From assembly GCA_044866005.1 (NCBI GenBank), contig JBIOTN010000005.1:1-47722 (forward strand): a stretch of DNA of 47,722 nucleotides, read 5' to 3'. Below the pieces are notes generated by a model. It ran no database searches. It had not been told where the DNA came from and saw only the letters and a program-made list of their open reading frames with translations. Of the stretch, positions 19,229 to 28,776 are shown piece after piece. Source of the DNA: Candidatus Rokuibacteriota bacterium (GTDB lineage Bacteria; Methylomirabilota; Methylomirabilia; Rokubacteriales; DASRDR01). The position numbers and the translations under genes were made by a program. How positions within the stretch are numbered: position 1 is the first letter of the stretch; the number at the start of each line of letters is the position of its first letter.

Positions 19229-21019
19229 TCAGCGCGTGGGGGCGCCGGACGAGGTCGGACTGCCGGGCGCGCGGGGCTCGGTCGCCGCGAGCACCGGCAG
19301 ACGCGGGTCGAGCTGGCGCGCCGTGGCGAGGTGCGACGCCGCCTCGGCGCGCCGGCCTTCTTCCGCGCCGAGCAGCGCGAGGCCGAGGTGGGCGGGGGCG
19401 CCGAGACCGAGCGCGAGCGTCCGCTCGTAGTGCTCGCGGGCTTCGGCCAGGCCGCCCCCCGCCGGCCCGTCGAGGGCTTCGGCCGCGACCGTCGCCTCGA
19501 ACTCTTCCCACCCACCGTCCGCCCGGCGGATCCAGTTCGTGAAGAGCACCCCGGGGCGGACCGGGTCGATGTCGGCATCCCGGGCGCCGGCGGGCACGCG
19601 CCCCCGGGTGAGCCGCCGTCCGACGATCGTGCGGAGGAGCTCGTTTGCGAGACCGAGGTGCGACGCGGCGAGGTCCGGCGCCGCCTCGAGCGCCCGGCGG
19701 TAGGCCGCCAGGGCGGCGTCGACGCGGCCGGCACGCGTGTGGTCGAGGGCCGCGCCGAGCCGCGGGTCGGCGACATACGCGAGCGGCGCGTCTGCCGCCA
19801 GGCTCACCTGGAGCGCCGTCACCCCGAGCCGGCTCAGCCCGAGCGACTCGGCGCGCCGGAAGACGGCATCGGCCTCGGTGTCCCGGCCGAGTCGGGTGAG
19901 CGCGATCCCCAGGTTCCGGTAGGCCTCGGCGTTCCGGGGCTCGAGCGCCGCGGCCCGGGCGAACGCCAGCGCCGCCTCGGCGAACCGGCCCTGGTGGATC
20001 AGCACGGCGCCCCGGTGGTTGGCCGGCGTGGCCCGCCCGGGCTCGAGCCGCTCGGCCGCGGCAAACGCCCGCTCGGCGGCGGCGAGGTCCCCGCGGCGGA
20101 ACTCCGCGACGCCGAGCCGGTCCCACGCGCGGGGCCAGCCCGGCGCAAGCCGCACCGCCGCGCGGTACGCCTGGGCCGCCTCGTCGAACCGCCCGGCTCT
20201 GAGGTGGGCGTCTCCCGTCGCCTTGTGGCGGGCCTGGGGGTTCAGCAGGACGGCGGCGGCGACGAGGAGCGCCGGCGCCCCGAGCGCGACGGCCGTGGTG
20301 ACGATCACCCGGCGCCACGGCACCGCCACGATCGGCGCGACCGCCGCCGCGCCCCCGCCACGCAGGCGCGCCCGGAGCTCGGCCCGGTACCGCCAGACGG
20401 CGCAGAGGAAGAGGGCCGAGCCGAGCGCTTCCGCGCTCTCCTCGAGGATCACCTCGAGGGCGTAGAGATCGCGCGGGATGAAGACGGGCTTGGCGGTCCC
20501 CTCGAGGACGAGCGCCGCGATCCAGAGGGCGAGGGCCCACCCGCCCCACCGGGCGAACCCGGGGCTCACCGCCGCGCGGGCGGCGAGCCAGACGACGAGG
20601 CCCCCCACGCCGAGGACGATCCCGGGGAAGAGGAAGAAGAGCCAGACCACCGTGCTCTGGAGCGGCGAGGCGGCCTCGAGCCACGCGCGCACCTCGTCCG
20701 TGTTCAGGTGCTCGTGGATCTGCAGGCTCTCGTCCGTGGCCAGGAACGCGAAGAGGAGCGCGGCGCCGAGCCACGTGAGGACGGCGAAGGCACGCCGCCG
20801 CCCGTCGCGCGCGAGCAGCCGAGCCTCGAGCCGGAGCGCGTCCAGGGAGGCGAGCGCGGCGGCGGCCAGGAGGGCCGTCTGGAAGTAGGTCGGGAGGTTT
20901 CGCTCCTGGTCGAGATCGACGAGGCGCCAGCCGGGGAAGCGAAGGTTCAGGAGGACGAACGTGCCGTGGACGAGGATGGTCGCGGCGAGCAGGATGCCGG
21001 GGATCCGGTCGGCGATCAC
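19229..21019 (-). CDS. Membrane protein (about 6-7 TM) with C-terminal TPR repeats
   Basis: Hydrophobic N-half with E.N.PT, DE...HE and EE motifs; TPR units such as AYRAAVRLAP.WPRAWDRLG and AEAYRNLG. Confidence 0.8.
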   Translation of the reverse strand: MIADRIPGILLAATILVHGTFVLLNLRFPGWRLVDLDQERNLPTYFQTALLAAAALASLDALRLEARLLARDGRRRAFAVLTWLGAALLFAFLATDESLQIHEHLNTDEVRAWLEAASPLQSTVVWLFFLFPGIVLGVGGLVVWLAARAAVSPGFARWGGWALALWIAALVLEGTAKPVFIPRDLYALEVILEESAEALGSALFLCAVWRYRAELRARLRGGGAAAVAPIVAVPWRRVIVTTAVALGAPALLVAAAVLLNPQARHKATGDAHLRAGRFDEAAQAYRAAVRLAPGWPRAWDRLGVAEFRRGDLAAAERAFAAAERLEPGRATPANHRGAVLIHQGRFAEAALAFARAAALEPRNAEAYRNLGIALTRLGRDTEADAVFRRAESLGLSRLGVTALQVSLAADAPLAYVADPRLGAALDHTRAGRVDAALAAYRRALEAAPDLAASHLGLANELLRTIVGRRLTRGRVPAGARDADIDPVRPGVLFTNWIRRADGGWEEFEATVAAEALDGPAGGGLAEAREHYERTLALGLGAPAHLGLALLGAEEGRRAEAASHLATARQLDPRLPVLAATEPRAPGSPTSSGAPTR

Positions 21020-21101
21020 GATGACCGCGAGGACGCGCGGCCGGCCGGAGCCGTGATGGGGATCACCCCACGACGGCCCCGGCCGTCAGAGTGCCGGCGC
21101 G

Positions 21102-21692
21102 TTACCGCCGCCGCACCAGCCTGCGCGACGTCGTCGTCGTGCCCGTCGTGGTGCTCGACACCGACGGCTCGGACACCTCGGAGGGCTCCGACACCGACAC
21201 GTCGCTCACCTGCGTGTCCTGGGCCTTGACCTCGACCTTGCCCGGCTTGACCTCGACCGTGACGGTCACGGTCATGTTCGCGGCCAGGCCGGTCAGCGTG
21301 ACGTTGCTCACCGCGCCGACCCCGCAGTCGATGGTCACCGGCACGTTGCCGGCGGCATCGACGCCCACGTTGGTCAGCGTGACCTCGCCCCCGGTGTCCG
21401 TGGTGGTCGCCGTCTGGATGTTCGGCGTCACGCCCGCGGTGACGGTGCAGGTCGCCGCCTCGGCGATCTGCGGCCAGCCGAGCATCTCGCCCAGCCGCGC
21501 GATCATCGAGGAAGCGGGGGCCTCCGCCGCCGAGCGGACCACCTTCACGTTCAGCTTCTTCAACGTGTTCGAGGACGTCGAGGGGCCCGTGGACGAGCCG
21601 CTCTTCCCGCCACACCCCGCCAGCCCGATCGCCAGCATGCCGGCGAGGGCGCCGTACAGCAGGCTGCGTCGGAACGGTGTCATGGCACGCAT
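21102..21692 (-). CDS. Hypothetical lipoprotein, Ser/Thr/Val-rich
   Basis: RBS GGAGGT about 7 nt upstream; signal peptide with lipobox LAGC; beta-rich core and low-complexity tail. Confidence 0.8.
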   Translation of the reverse strand: MRAMTPFRRSLLYGALAGMLAIGLAGCGGKSGSSTGPSTSSNTLKKLNVKVVRSAAEAPASSMIARLGEMLGWPQIAEAATCTVTAGVTPNIQTATTTDTGGEVTLTNVGVDAAGNVPVTIDCGVGAVSNVTLTGLAANMTVTVTVEVKPGKVEVKAQDTQVSDVSVSEPSEVSEPSVSSTTTGTTTTSRRLVRRR

Positions 21693-21773
21693 ACTCGGCA
21701 CCTCCCTGGGATCCTGCCGCGTTTCCTGCGACCCGACCCTCGAGCGCCCACAGTGGGGCACCTGGGAACGAAA

Positions 21774-21789
21774 AGCAACGGAAATGCCA
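21774..21789 (-). promoter_or_regulatory. Sigma54 (-24/-12) promoter TGGCATTTCCGTTGCT
   Basis: GG-N10-GC with near-consensus TGGCA and TTGCT, in an intergenic region about 80 nt upstream of the lipoprotein gene. Confidence 0.7.
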
Positions 21790-21946
21790 CGGCTGCCCCA
21801 GGCATAACGTCGCGACAATACTGACCATCTTAGATGAGACGCCGCGAGCCGGGAGGGCAAATCCCCCGGCGGGGCGGGTCAAACGCCCGGGCGCCGGACG
21901 CGGGCCGTCACCGCACTGCCGGGATTCGTCAGGCGCCCGGCCCGGC

Positions 21947-23050
21947 TCAGGCCGTCCCGCGGCCCGCCGCCAGCGGGCGGCCGGTGCCGCCGTAGCGCGT
22001 CGCGACGATCTCCGCGACGATGGCCAGGGCGATCTCCGGCGCGCTCCGCGCCCCGAGGTCGAGGCCGATCGGCACCCGCAGCCGCGCGAGCCGGGCCTCG
22101 GGCACCCCCTCCTCGCGCAGGAGCTTCAGGATCCCCTCGCCCCGCCGGCGGCTTCCGAGCATCCCGACGTATCCCGCGTCGGTGGCGAGGACGTGGCGGA
22201 GGACCGGGAGATCGTACTTGTAGTCGTGGGCGACGAGCACGACCGCGGTCGAGGGCAGGAGCGGGACGCGGCGGGCGACCTCCGAGGGCATCCCGACCAC
22301 GAGCTCGTCCGCGTCCGGGAACCGCTCGCGCGTGGCGAGCCGGGGCCGCCCGTCCACCACGACGGTCCGGAACCCGAGCCGCCTGGCGAGCTCGACGAGC
22401 GGCATCGCCACGTGGCCCGCGCCGACGACGAGGAGCGTGGGCGGGGGCGCGTGGACCTCGACGAAGCAGCGCACCTCCGGACCGGCGGCGCCGCCCGGGG
22501 AGAGCCGCACCGTTCGCGAGGCGCCGGTGGCGAACGCCTCGCGGGCGGCGGTCGCGGCCGCCTCGTCGAGCGCGGCCTCCCCGAGCATCCCGACCTGCCG
22601 GCCGTCGTCGAGGACGAGGAGCTTCGCGCCGGCCCGCGGGGGGTCGAGCCGCGTCACCAAGGCACCGGCGCGACCGCTCGCCACGTGGCCGCGCAGCCGC
22701 TCGTAGAAGGGGAGCGCCCCGTCGACCGCCTCGCCGAGCGGCACGGGCTCGACGAAGACCTCGATCGTGCCGCCGCAGGTGAGGCCGATCTCCCAGGCGT
22801 CCTCGTCGCCGAGCGACAGCTCGAGGAGCCGCGGCGCCGCATCCGCGAGGACGCCTTCCGCCTCGGCCATGACCTGGGCGTCGACGCACCCGCCGATGGT
22901 CACCGATCCGAGGATCCGGCCTCCCTCGCCGACCCACATCTTCGCGCCTTCCTTGCGCGGGGTCGTCCCGCGGGTGTTGACCAGCGTGGCGAGGGCGGCG
23001 CGGCCCTCGACCCGCCGCAACTGCTCGATCTGCTCGAACAGCTCGCTCAC
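21947..23050 (-). CDS. xdhC: XdhC/CoxI family Mo-hydroxylase maturation factor
   Basis: GTTPRKEGAKM, GSVTIGGCVD, IGLTCGGTIEVFVEP, GAGHVA, YVGMLGSRRR, PIGLDLGA..APEIALAI. Confidence 0.95.
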   Translation of the reverse strand: MSELFEQIEQLRRVEGRAALATLVNTRGTTPRKEGAKMWVGEGGRILGSVTIGGCVDAQVMAEAEGVLADAAPRLLELSLGDEDAWEIGLTCGGTIEVFVEPVPLGEAVDGALPFYERLRGHVASGRAGALVTRLDPPRAGAKLLVLDDGRQVGMLGEAALDEAAATAAREAFATGASRTVRLSPGGAAGPEVRCFVEVHAPPPTLLVVGAGHVAMPLVELARRLGFRTVVVDGRPRLATRERFPDADELVVGMPSEVARRVPLLPSTAVVLVAHDYKYDLPVLRHVLATDAGYVGMLGSRRRGEGILKLLREEGVPEARLARLRVPIGLDLGARSAPEIALAIVAEIVATRYGGTGRPLAAGRGTA

Positions 23051-23056
23051 GGCGTG

Positions 23057-24997
23057 CTACGTCCCGACCTTCCCGCCGTCCTCGCGGTAGATCGCGAGGA
23101 CGCTCGGCCGCGGCGGCATGTCGGACCGGTAGTCCGGGAAGCGGCTGGACGGCTTGTCGTAGGTCACGGTCTCCTCCCAGCCGGGGTGCTGGATCGCCAC
23201 GAAGAAGGTCCGGTTGTCCGGCGTGAAGGCCGGGCCGCAGACCTCGCACCCCAGCGGGCTCGACAGGAACTGCCGCGCCCGCCCGCGGGCGGGCCCGTCG
23301 GTCTCGACGAGCCAGACGCCGTCGTTCGGCCCGAGGGTCTCGTCGACCCCGTCCGTGGCCACCCACATCCGTCCGGCGTCGTCGAAGGCGAGGTTGTCGG
23401 GCATCGCGAACGGGCTGACGTCCGTGCGCCCCTGGTAGGACGCGCCGTGGGCCGGGTTCTTCGGGTCGCCCGCCAGGATGAAGATCTCCCAGCCGAAGCG
23501 CGTGGCGGCGTGATCGCCGCCCTCTTCGCCGAGCTCGATGATGTGCCCGTACTTCACCCCGGCCCGCGGGTTCGCCCGGTTCACCTGGGCCGCGGTCCGC
23601 TGCTCGTTCCCGGTCATGACGCAGTAGACCTTCCCGGTCACCGGGTTCGGCTCGACGTCCTCGGGGCGGTCCATCTTCGTCGCGCCGACCAGGTCGGCGG
23701 CCCGGCGAGTGTTGACGGCGACCTCGGCCTGCGAGCGGAAGCCGTTCGCCTCGGTCAGCGGCCCTTGCCCGAAGACGAGCGGCAGCCACTCGCCCGTGCC
23801 GTCGTCGCGGAACCGCGCGGCGTAGAGGATCCCCGAGTCGAGGAGGCGCAGGTTGCCGGCGCGATCGCCGGGATGGTAGCGGCCGGTCGCCACGAACTTG
23901 TAGAGGTACTCGAACCGCGCGTCGTCCCCCATGTAGGAGACCGGCCGCCCGTCCCGCGAGAGGATCACCGTCGCGCCCTCGTGCGCCATCCGTCCCATCG
24001 CCGTGTGCTTGACGGGCACCGACTGGGGGTCGTAGGGGTCGATCTCGACGACCCAGCCGAAGCGGTTCGCCTCGTTCGGCTCCTTCTTCAGGGAGAAGCG
24101 GTCGTGATAGCGTGCCCAGTCGTACCGGCCGGTCCCGATGCCGTACCGCTTGTGGACGGCGCGGAGGTCGGGGTCGGCCACCTCGTCCGCCTTGCCGGTG
24201 AAGTAGTTCTGGATGTTCTCCTCGCCGGTCAGGAGCGTGCCCCAGGGCGTGACGCCGCCGGCGCAGTTGTTCAGGGTCCCCAGGACCCGCGTCCCGGCCG
24301 GGTCGGCGGCCGTGCGCACGAGGGGGTGGCCCGCCGCGGGCCCGCGGATCGCCATCGGCGTCGCCCCGGTGAGGCGGCGGTTGAGCTGCGAGTCCCGCAG
24401 GTACGTCCACTCACCGCGTGCGCCCCGGCTCACCTCGAGGATGCTGAACCCGTGGGCGGCGATCTCGACGTCGACCATCTCGGCCGTCTTGGACTCCGGC
24501 TTCCCCCACCCCTGCTGGTTCCAGCCTGGCCACATGAGCCCCGAGCGGGCGTTCTCGTGGTTGATCCCGAGCAAGCCGCGCGTGGACGAACTGCTCCCCA
24601 AGGGCAGCGGCAGGTAGCCGATGAAGTCGTTGTCGTAGCCGAACTGGAGGAGCTGCTTGGCCGCCGTCTGGGCCGCCGGGTCGAACTCCGGCCCGCCCGG
24701 CAGCACCGGGTCGCCCCAGCGGACCAGCACGGTGGAGGTGTAGCCGGGCGGCAGGATGATCTTGTCCTCGCTCGAGGGGCTGACCGGGGTGAACCCCGCC
24801 GCGGGCTGGGCGCCCGCCGGTCGGTCCCCCCGCAGTGACCCGAGGCCGAGCGTGACGAGCCCGGCCGCGGCGCCCTTGAGCACCGCCCGCCGGCTCAGCC
24901 GCGCGGCGATGATCGAGGCGAGCGTCGGGTTGTCGCTCGGGTTGACCGGGTGCGCATCCTCTTCCTGGTCCCACCGCGCCTTCCACGATCGGTCCAT
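23057..24997 (-). CDS. phoX: PhoX-family (DUF839) Tat-exported alkaline phosphatase
   Basis: Tat motif SRRAVLKG, NCAGGVTPWGTLLTGEEN, GRMAHE, MDRPED, PDN, EVCGP, IQHPG. Confidence 0.95.
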   Translation of the reverse strand: MDRSWKARWDQEEDAHPVNPSDNPTLASIIAARLSRRAVLKGAAAGLVTLGLGSLRGDRPAGAQPAAGFTPVSPSSEDKIILPPGYTSTVLVRWGDPVLPGGPEFDPAAQTAAKQLLQFGYDNDFIGYLPLPLGSSSSTRGLLGINHENARSGLMWPGWNQQGWGKPESKTAEMVDVEIAAHGFSILEVSRGARGEWTYLRDSQLNRRLTGATPMAIRGPAAGHPLVRTAADPAGTRVLGTLNNCAGGVTPWGTLLTGEENIQNYFTGKADEVADPDLRAVHKRYGIGTGRYDWARYHDRFSLKKEPNEANRFGWVVEIDPYDPQSVPVKHTAMGRMAHEGATVILSRDGRPVSYMGDDARFEYLYKFVATGRYHPGDRAGNLRLLDSGILYAARFRDDGTGEWLPLVFGQGPLTEANGFRSQAEVAVNTRRAADLVGATKMDRPEDVEPNPVTGKVYCVMTGNEQRTAAQVNRANPRAGVKYGHIIELGEEGGDHAATRFGWEIFILAGDPKNPAHGASYQGRTDVSPFAMPDNLAFDDAGRMWVATDGVDETLGPNDGVWLVETDGPARGRARQFLSSPLGCEVCGPAFTPDNRTFFVAIQHPGWEETVTYDKPSSRFPDYRSDMPPRPSVLAIYREDGGKVGT

Positions 24998-25011
24998 GGC
25001 TCCCTCCAGGC

Positions 25012-26154
25012 TCAGGGCGTGAGGTGCCGCGCGAGCACGCGCAGCGAGTCGAGGTTGTGGGCCGGCAGGAACGCGTCCACGTTCGGCAGCGCGGCGACCA
25101 TCCCCTGGGTGAGCGGCTGGTAGTCGGGGCTGCCGAGGAGCGGGTTCAGCCAGATGACCTTTCCGGCCCGGCGGCGGATCTCCGCCAGGGCCTCGCTCAG
25201 CAGTGTGGGGTCGCCCGTATCCCAGCCGTCGGACAGCACGATGACCACCGTATCGCGGTCGAGGAGGCGGCGCCAGTCGGCGACGAACGCACGGAGGCTC
25301 TCCCCGATCTTCGTCCCGCCCGACCAGTCGCGCACGTCCCCCAGGCGGCCGAGCGCCGCCCGGTACGAGTGGCTCCGCAGCTCGTCGGTCACGCGCGTGA
25401 GCCGGGTCGAGAAGACGAACGTCTCCATCCGGCCGAGCTGGTTCTGGAGCGCGTAGAGGAACTGGACCAGCAAGCGGCTGTAGAGGTCCATGGAGCCCGA
25501 GACGTCGCAGAGCACGACGAGCTTGGTCTTGAGGATGCGCCGCGCTCGCCGGGCGAGCTCCACCGGCTCGGCGCGCGTGAGGTTCCGCCGCATGGTGCGC
25601 CTCGGGTCCACCCGGCCCCGGCGCGCGGGCATGAGCCGCCGGCTCTTCCGCGTCGCCAGCCGACGCGCCAGCTCGACGGCGAGCCGCTCGATCTCCGCGA
25701 GCTCCTCGGCCCCGAAGGCCGAGAAGTCCTTCCCCAGCATCGCCTCGAGGTCCGAGAGCCCGGGCAGCCCGACGGGCTCCCCCTCGCCCTCGGCGAAGTC
25801 GGTCCAGTCGGCGAACGTGAGCGCCGCGTCCTGGGCGCGCGGGAAGTGCGCCTCGACGCCCGCCGGCAGCCCCTCGGGCGCCGGCTCGGCGGCAGAGGAT
25901 GCCGCCGCCGCGCGCCCCCAGAAGGCGTCGAACGCGGCGTCGAAGGCCGGGAACTCCTCCGGGCGGGAGGCCAGGACGGCGCGCAGCGCGCGGTGGACCT
26001 CCGCGCGGTCGGCGAGGTCCACCAGCTCCAGCGTGCGCAGGGCGTCGCGGCTCTCGGCCGGGGTCACGCTGAGCCCTCGGGCGCGGAGCAGGCGGCAGAA
26101 CCGGACCGTGGCGCTCACGAGGTCGCGGGGGCGGGGCGGCGCGGGCACGCTCAC
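25012..26154 (-). CDS. coxE: CoxE-like VWA domain protein
   Basis: MIDAS DVSGSM, FVFSTRLT, WSGGTKIG, LSDGWD, WLNPL. Confidence 0.93.
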   Translation of the reverse strand: MSVPAPPRPRDLVSATVRFCRLLRARGLSVTPAESRDALRTLELVDLADRAEVHRALRAVLASRPEEFPAFDAAFDAFWGRAAAASSAAEPAPEGLPAGVEAHFPRAQDAALTFADWTDFAEGEGEPVGLPGLSDLEAMLGKDFSAFGAEELAEIERLAVELARRLATRKSRRLMPARRGRVDPRRTMRRNLTRAEPVELARRARRILKTKLVVLCDVSGSMDLYSRLLVQFLYALQNQLGRMETFVFSTRLTRVTDELRSHSYRAALGRLGDVRDWSGGTKIGESLRAFVADWRRLLDRDTVVIVLSDGWDTGDPTLLSEALAEIRRRAGKVIWLNPLLGSPDYQPLTQGMVAALPNVDAFLPAHNLDSLRVLARHLTP

Positions 26155-26172
26155 GTCAGGACGCGCCCGGCG

Positions 26173-27057
26173 TCAGCCTTCGAGCAGCTCGGAGAGGCGG
26201 CCCGCCGCCAGGTCTGCTTCCACGCGCTTGACGTCCTCGACCTCCTTGAGGATGCAGCCGAGCGTCTGCCGCACGAGGTCCGCATCGAGGTGGTCGGCGT
26301 GGAGCGCGGCGAGCGCGGCCGCCCAGTCGAGCGTCTCCGCGACGCCGGGCACCTTGGCGAGCTTCATCCCGCGGAGCGCCTGCATCACCCGGGCGATCCG
26401 CCCCGCCAGCCGCTCGTCGACGCCGGGGACCTTCGTCCGCAGGATGCGCACCTCCTTCTCGAAGGACGGGTAGTCGATCCAGAGGTAGAGGCAGCGGCGC
26501 CGGAGCGCGTCCGACAGGTCGCGGGAGCGGTTCGAGGTGAGCACCACGTGGGGCCGGTGGGTCGCCCGGATCGTCCCGATCTCGGGGATCGTGACCTGGA
26601 AATCGGAGAGCACCTCGAGCAGGAAGCTCTCGAACTCGAGGTCGGAGCGGTCCACCTCGTCCACGAGCAGCACGGGGGGGCGGCCGTCCTGCGTGACGGC
26701 CTGGAGGAGCGGGCGCCGGAGGAGGAAGGGCTCCGAGAAGATGTCCGCCTCCTTCTCGGCGACCGGCCGCGCCTCGCGCTCCTCGAGCTTGATCCGCAGG
26801 AGCTGCTTGGGGTAGTTCCACTCGTAGAGCGCCGTCGAGGCGTCGAGCCCCTCGTAGCACTGGAGCCGGATCAGGTTGGTGCCCAGGACCTGGGCGAGCA
26901 CCTTCGCGATCTCGGTCTTGCCGACCCCGGCGTGGCCCTCGACGAGCAGCGGCTTGCCGAGGGCCATGGCGAGGTGGACGGCGGTCGAGATGGCCGGGTC
27001 GGTGATGTAGGCGGCGCCCTCCATCAGCGCCTGGATCTTCCGGATCTCGTCGCGCAT
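26173..27057 (-). CDS. coxD: CoxD-like MoxR AAA+ ATPase
   Basis: Walker A GHAGVGKT, RLQCYEGLD, Walker B LLVDEVDR, LRRRCLYLWIDYP; ATG 27057 with RBS AAGGAG. Confidence 0.94.
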   Translation of the reverse strand: MRDEIRKIQALMEGAAYITDPAISTAVHLAMALGKPLLVEGHAGVGKTEIAKVLAQVLGTNLIRLQCYEGLDASTALYEWNYPKQLLRIKLEEREARPVAEKEADIFSEPFLLRRPLLQAVTQDGRPPVLLVDEVDRSDLEFESFLLEVLSDFQVTIPEIGTIRATHRPHVVLTSNRSRDLSDALRRRCLYLWIDYPSFEKEVRILRTKVPGVDERLAGRIARVMQALRGMKLAKVPGVAETLDWAAALAALHADHLDADLVRQTLGCILKEVEDVKRVEADLAAGRLSELLEG

Positions 27058-27089
27058 CGCCGCTCCTTGCCCGCCGCTGGGGACCCGAC

Positions 27090-27752
27090 TCATTCTATCG
27101 CATCGCCCCGCGCGGCCGCGTCGCCGGCCGTCCGCGCTCCCGGGTCGCCGGCCTGCCCGGGCGTCTCCCCGAGCGTCGGCCCGAGCATCTCGTAGTCGGC
27201 CCAGGTGTCCACGTCGGGCGGCATGCGCGCGTCGACCACGACCTCGACCACCCGGCCGGGGTCGCGGGCGACCACGCCGCGACCGCCCTGGTCCCCGGTC
27301 AGCTCGCGCAGTTCGGCGAACACGGCGGCGGCGAAGAGGACCGGGTTGCCCCGGCCGTCCTGGTAGCGCGGGACGACGACGGCGGCGTCCCCCTGGCGGA
27401 AGCGGGCGACGAGCCGCCGGATGAGCGCCGGATCGGGAAGCGGCTGGTCCCCCAGCGCGAGGACGGCCGCCTCGGTCCCCGGCGGCAGCGCCTCGAGGCC
27501 GGCGCGGAGCGAGGTGGACTGGCCTTCGGCATAGCGGGGGTTCGGGACGACGCGGACCGGCAGCCCGGCGAGGGCCGCGCGAACGGCCTCCGCCTCGCGC
27601 CCGACGACCACGACCACGTGGTCGAGGGCGGCGGCGAGGACCCGCTCGACGGACAGCCGGACGAGCGGCCGGCCGCCGGTCACGGGCAGGAGGAGCTTCT
27701 GGCGCCCCATCCGGCTCGACGTGCCGGCCGCCAGGACGATCGCCGCGATCAC
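27090..27752 (-). CDS. mocA: Molybdenum cofactor cytidylyltransferase (MocA-like)
   Basis: LAAGTSSRMG..KLLL, GQSTSLRAG, LGDQP, GNPVLF, GDQGGR, DVDT. Confidence 0.9.
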   Translation of the reverse strand: MIAAIVLAAGTSSRMGRQKLLLPVTGGRPLVRLSVERVLAAALDHVVVVVGREAEAVRAALAGLPVRVVPNPRYAEGQSTSLRAGLEALPPGTEAAVLALGDQPLPDPALIRRLVARFRQGDAAVVVPRYQDGRGNPVLFAAAVFAELRELTGDQGGRGVVARDPGRVVEVVVDARMPPDVDTWADYEMLGPTLGETPGQAGDPGARTAGDAAARGDAIE

Positions 27753-27842
27753 CGGCCGCCGTCCTTTCTCGGGCCTCCGAGGGCGGCCGGCGGGCGAGGG
27801 AGAGGACCGGGGCCCGGGCAGGGGCCTGCGGCCGACCCGCTC

Positions 27843-27877
27843 ACCCCGGCCTCTCCCCCGGCGGGGGAGACGGGGGT
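27843..27877. repeat. REP-like hairpin ACCCCGGCCTCTCCCCC-GGC-GGGGGAGACGGGGGT
   Basis: 8-bp perfect stem TCTCCCCC/GGGGGAGA with outer ACCCC/GGGGT, just 3' of coxM. Confidence 0.55.
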
Positions 27878-27884
27878 CAGGCGC

Positions 27885-28766
27885 CTATCTCGCGCCTTGG
27901 GCCCTGGAGGCGGCGGCCTCGAGGGCGCGCCGGGTATAGACGCGGGTGAGGTGCTGCTTGTACTCGACCGACCCCTGCAGGTCGGCGCTGATCTCGTCCC
28001 GCTTGAAGGCGTCGGGCGCCTTGTCCGCCGCGGCGGCGATCGTCTGCGGATCGAGGGCCTTGCCGGTGAGCGCCGCCTCGACCCCCTTGGCGCGCGTCGC
28101 CTTGGACCCGACGCCCGTCACGGCCACGCTCGCCTTCTCGCACTTGCCGCCGCTGACGGTCAGCACGGCGGCCACCCCCACCACCGCGAACCGCGAGGCG
28201 GGGTGCGGATGCTTGGCGTAGGCCATGCCGGTCCCCGGGGCCGGCACCGGGATCCGGATCTCGGTCAGGAGCTCGTCGGGGCCGAGGGCCGTCGTGAGGA
28301 GGTCCTTGAAGAAGTCGTCGGCCTTGATCGGCCGCGCGCCCTTCGGCCCGGTCGCCCGAAGCTCGGCGCCGAGGGCGAGCACGACGGCGGGCCAGTCGGC
28401 CGCCGGGTCCGCGTGGGCGAGGCTGCCGCCCAGCGTGCCCAGGTTCCGGACCTGGGGATCGCCGATCATCGCCGCGGCCTCGGGCAGGATCGGACACCGG
28501 GTCTTCAGGCTCGCGTTCGACTCGATGGCGTAGTGCGTGGTCAGGGCGCCGATCACGATCGCCCCGCCCTCCTCGCGGACGCCGGCGAGGCCGGTGACGC
28601 GGCGGAGGTCCACGACGTGCTTGGGTTGCGCGAGGCGGAGCTTCATCAGGGGAATCAGGCTGTGGCCGCCCGCGAGCAGCTTCGCGTCGTCCTTGTGCGT
28701 GGCGAGCAGCCGCACGGCCTCGTCGACCGTCGTGGGCCGGTGGTACTCGAAGCTGGCCGGATACAT
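27885..28766 (-). CDS. coxM: Mo-hydroxylase FAD subunit (CoxM/CutM)
   Basis: LAGGHSLIPLMKLR, IGDPQVRNLGTLGGSLAHADPAAD. Confidence 0.95.
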   Translation of the reverse strand: MYPASFEYHRPTTVDEAVRLLATHKDDAKLLAGGHSLIPLMKLRLAQPKHVVDLRRVTGLAGVREEGGAIVIGALTTHYAIESNASLKTRCPILPEAAAMIGDPQVRNLGTLGGSLAHADPAADWPAVVLALGAELRATGPKGARPIKADDFFKDLLTTALGPDELLTEIRIPVPAPGTGMAYAKHPHPASRFAVVGVAAVLTVSGGKCEKASVAVTGVGSKATRAKGVEAALTGKALDPQTIAAAADKAPDAFKRDEISADLQGSVEYKQHLTRVYTRRALEAAASRAQGAR

Positions 28767-28776
28767 GGGCGCCTCC

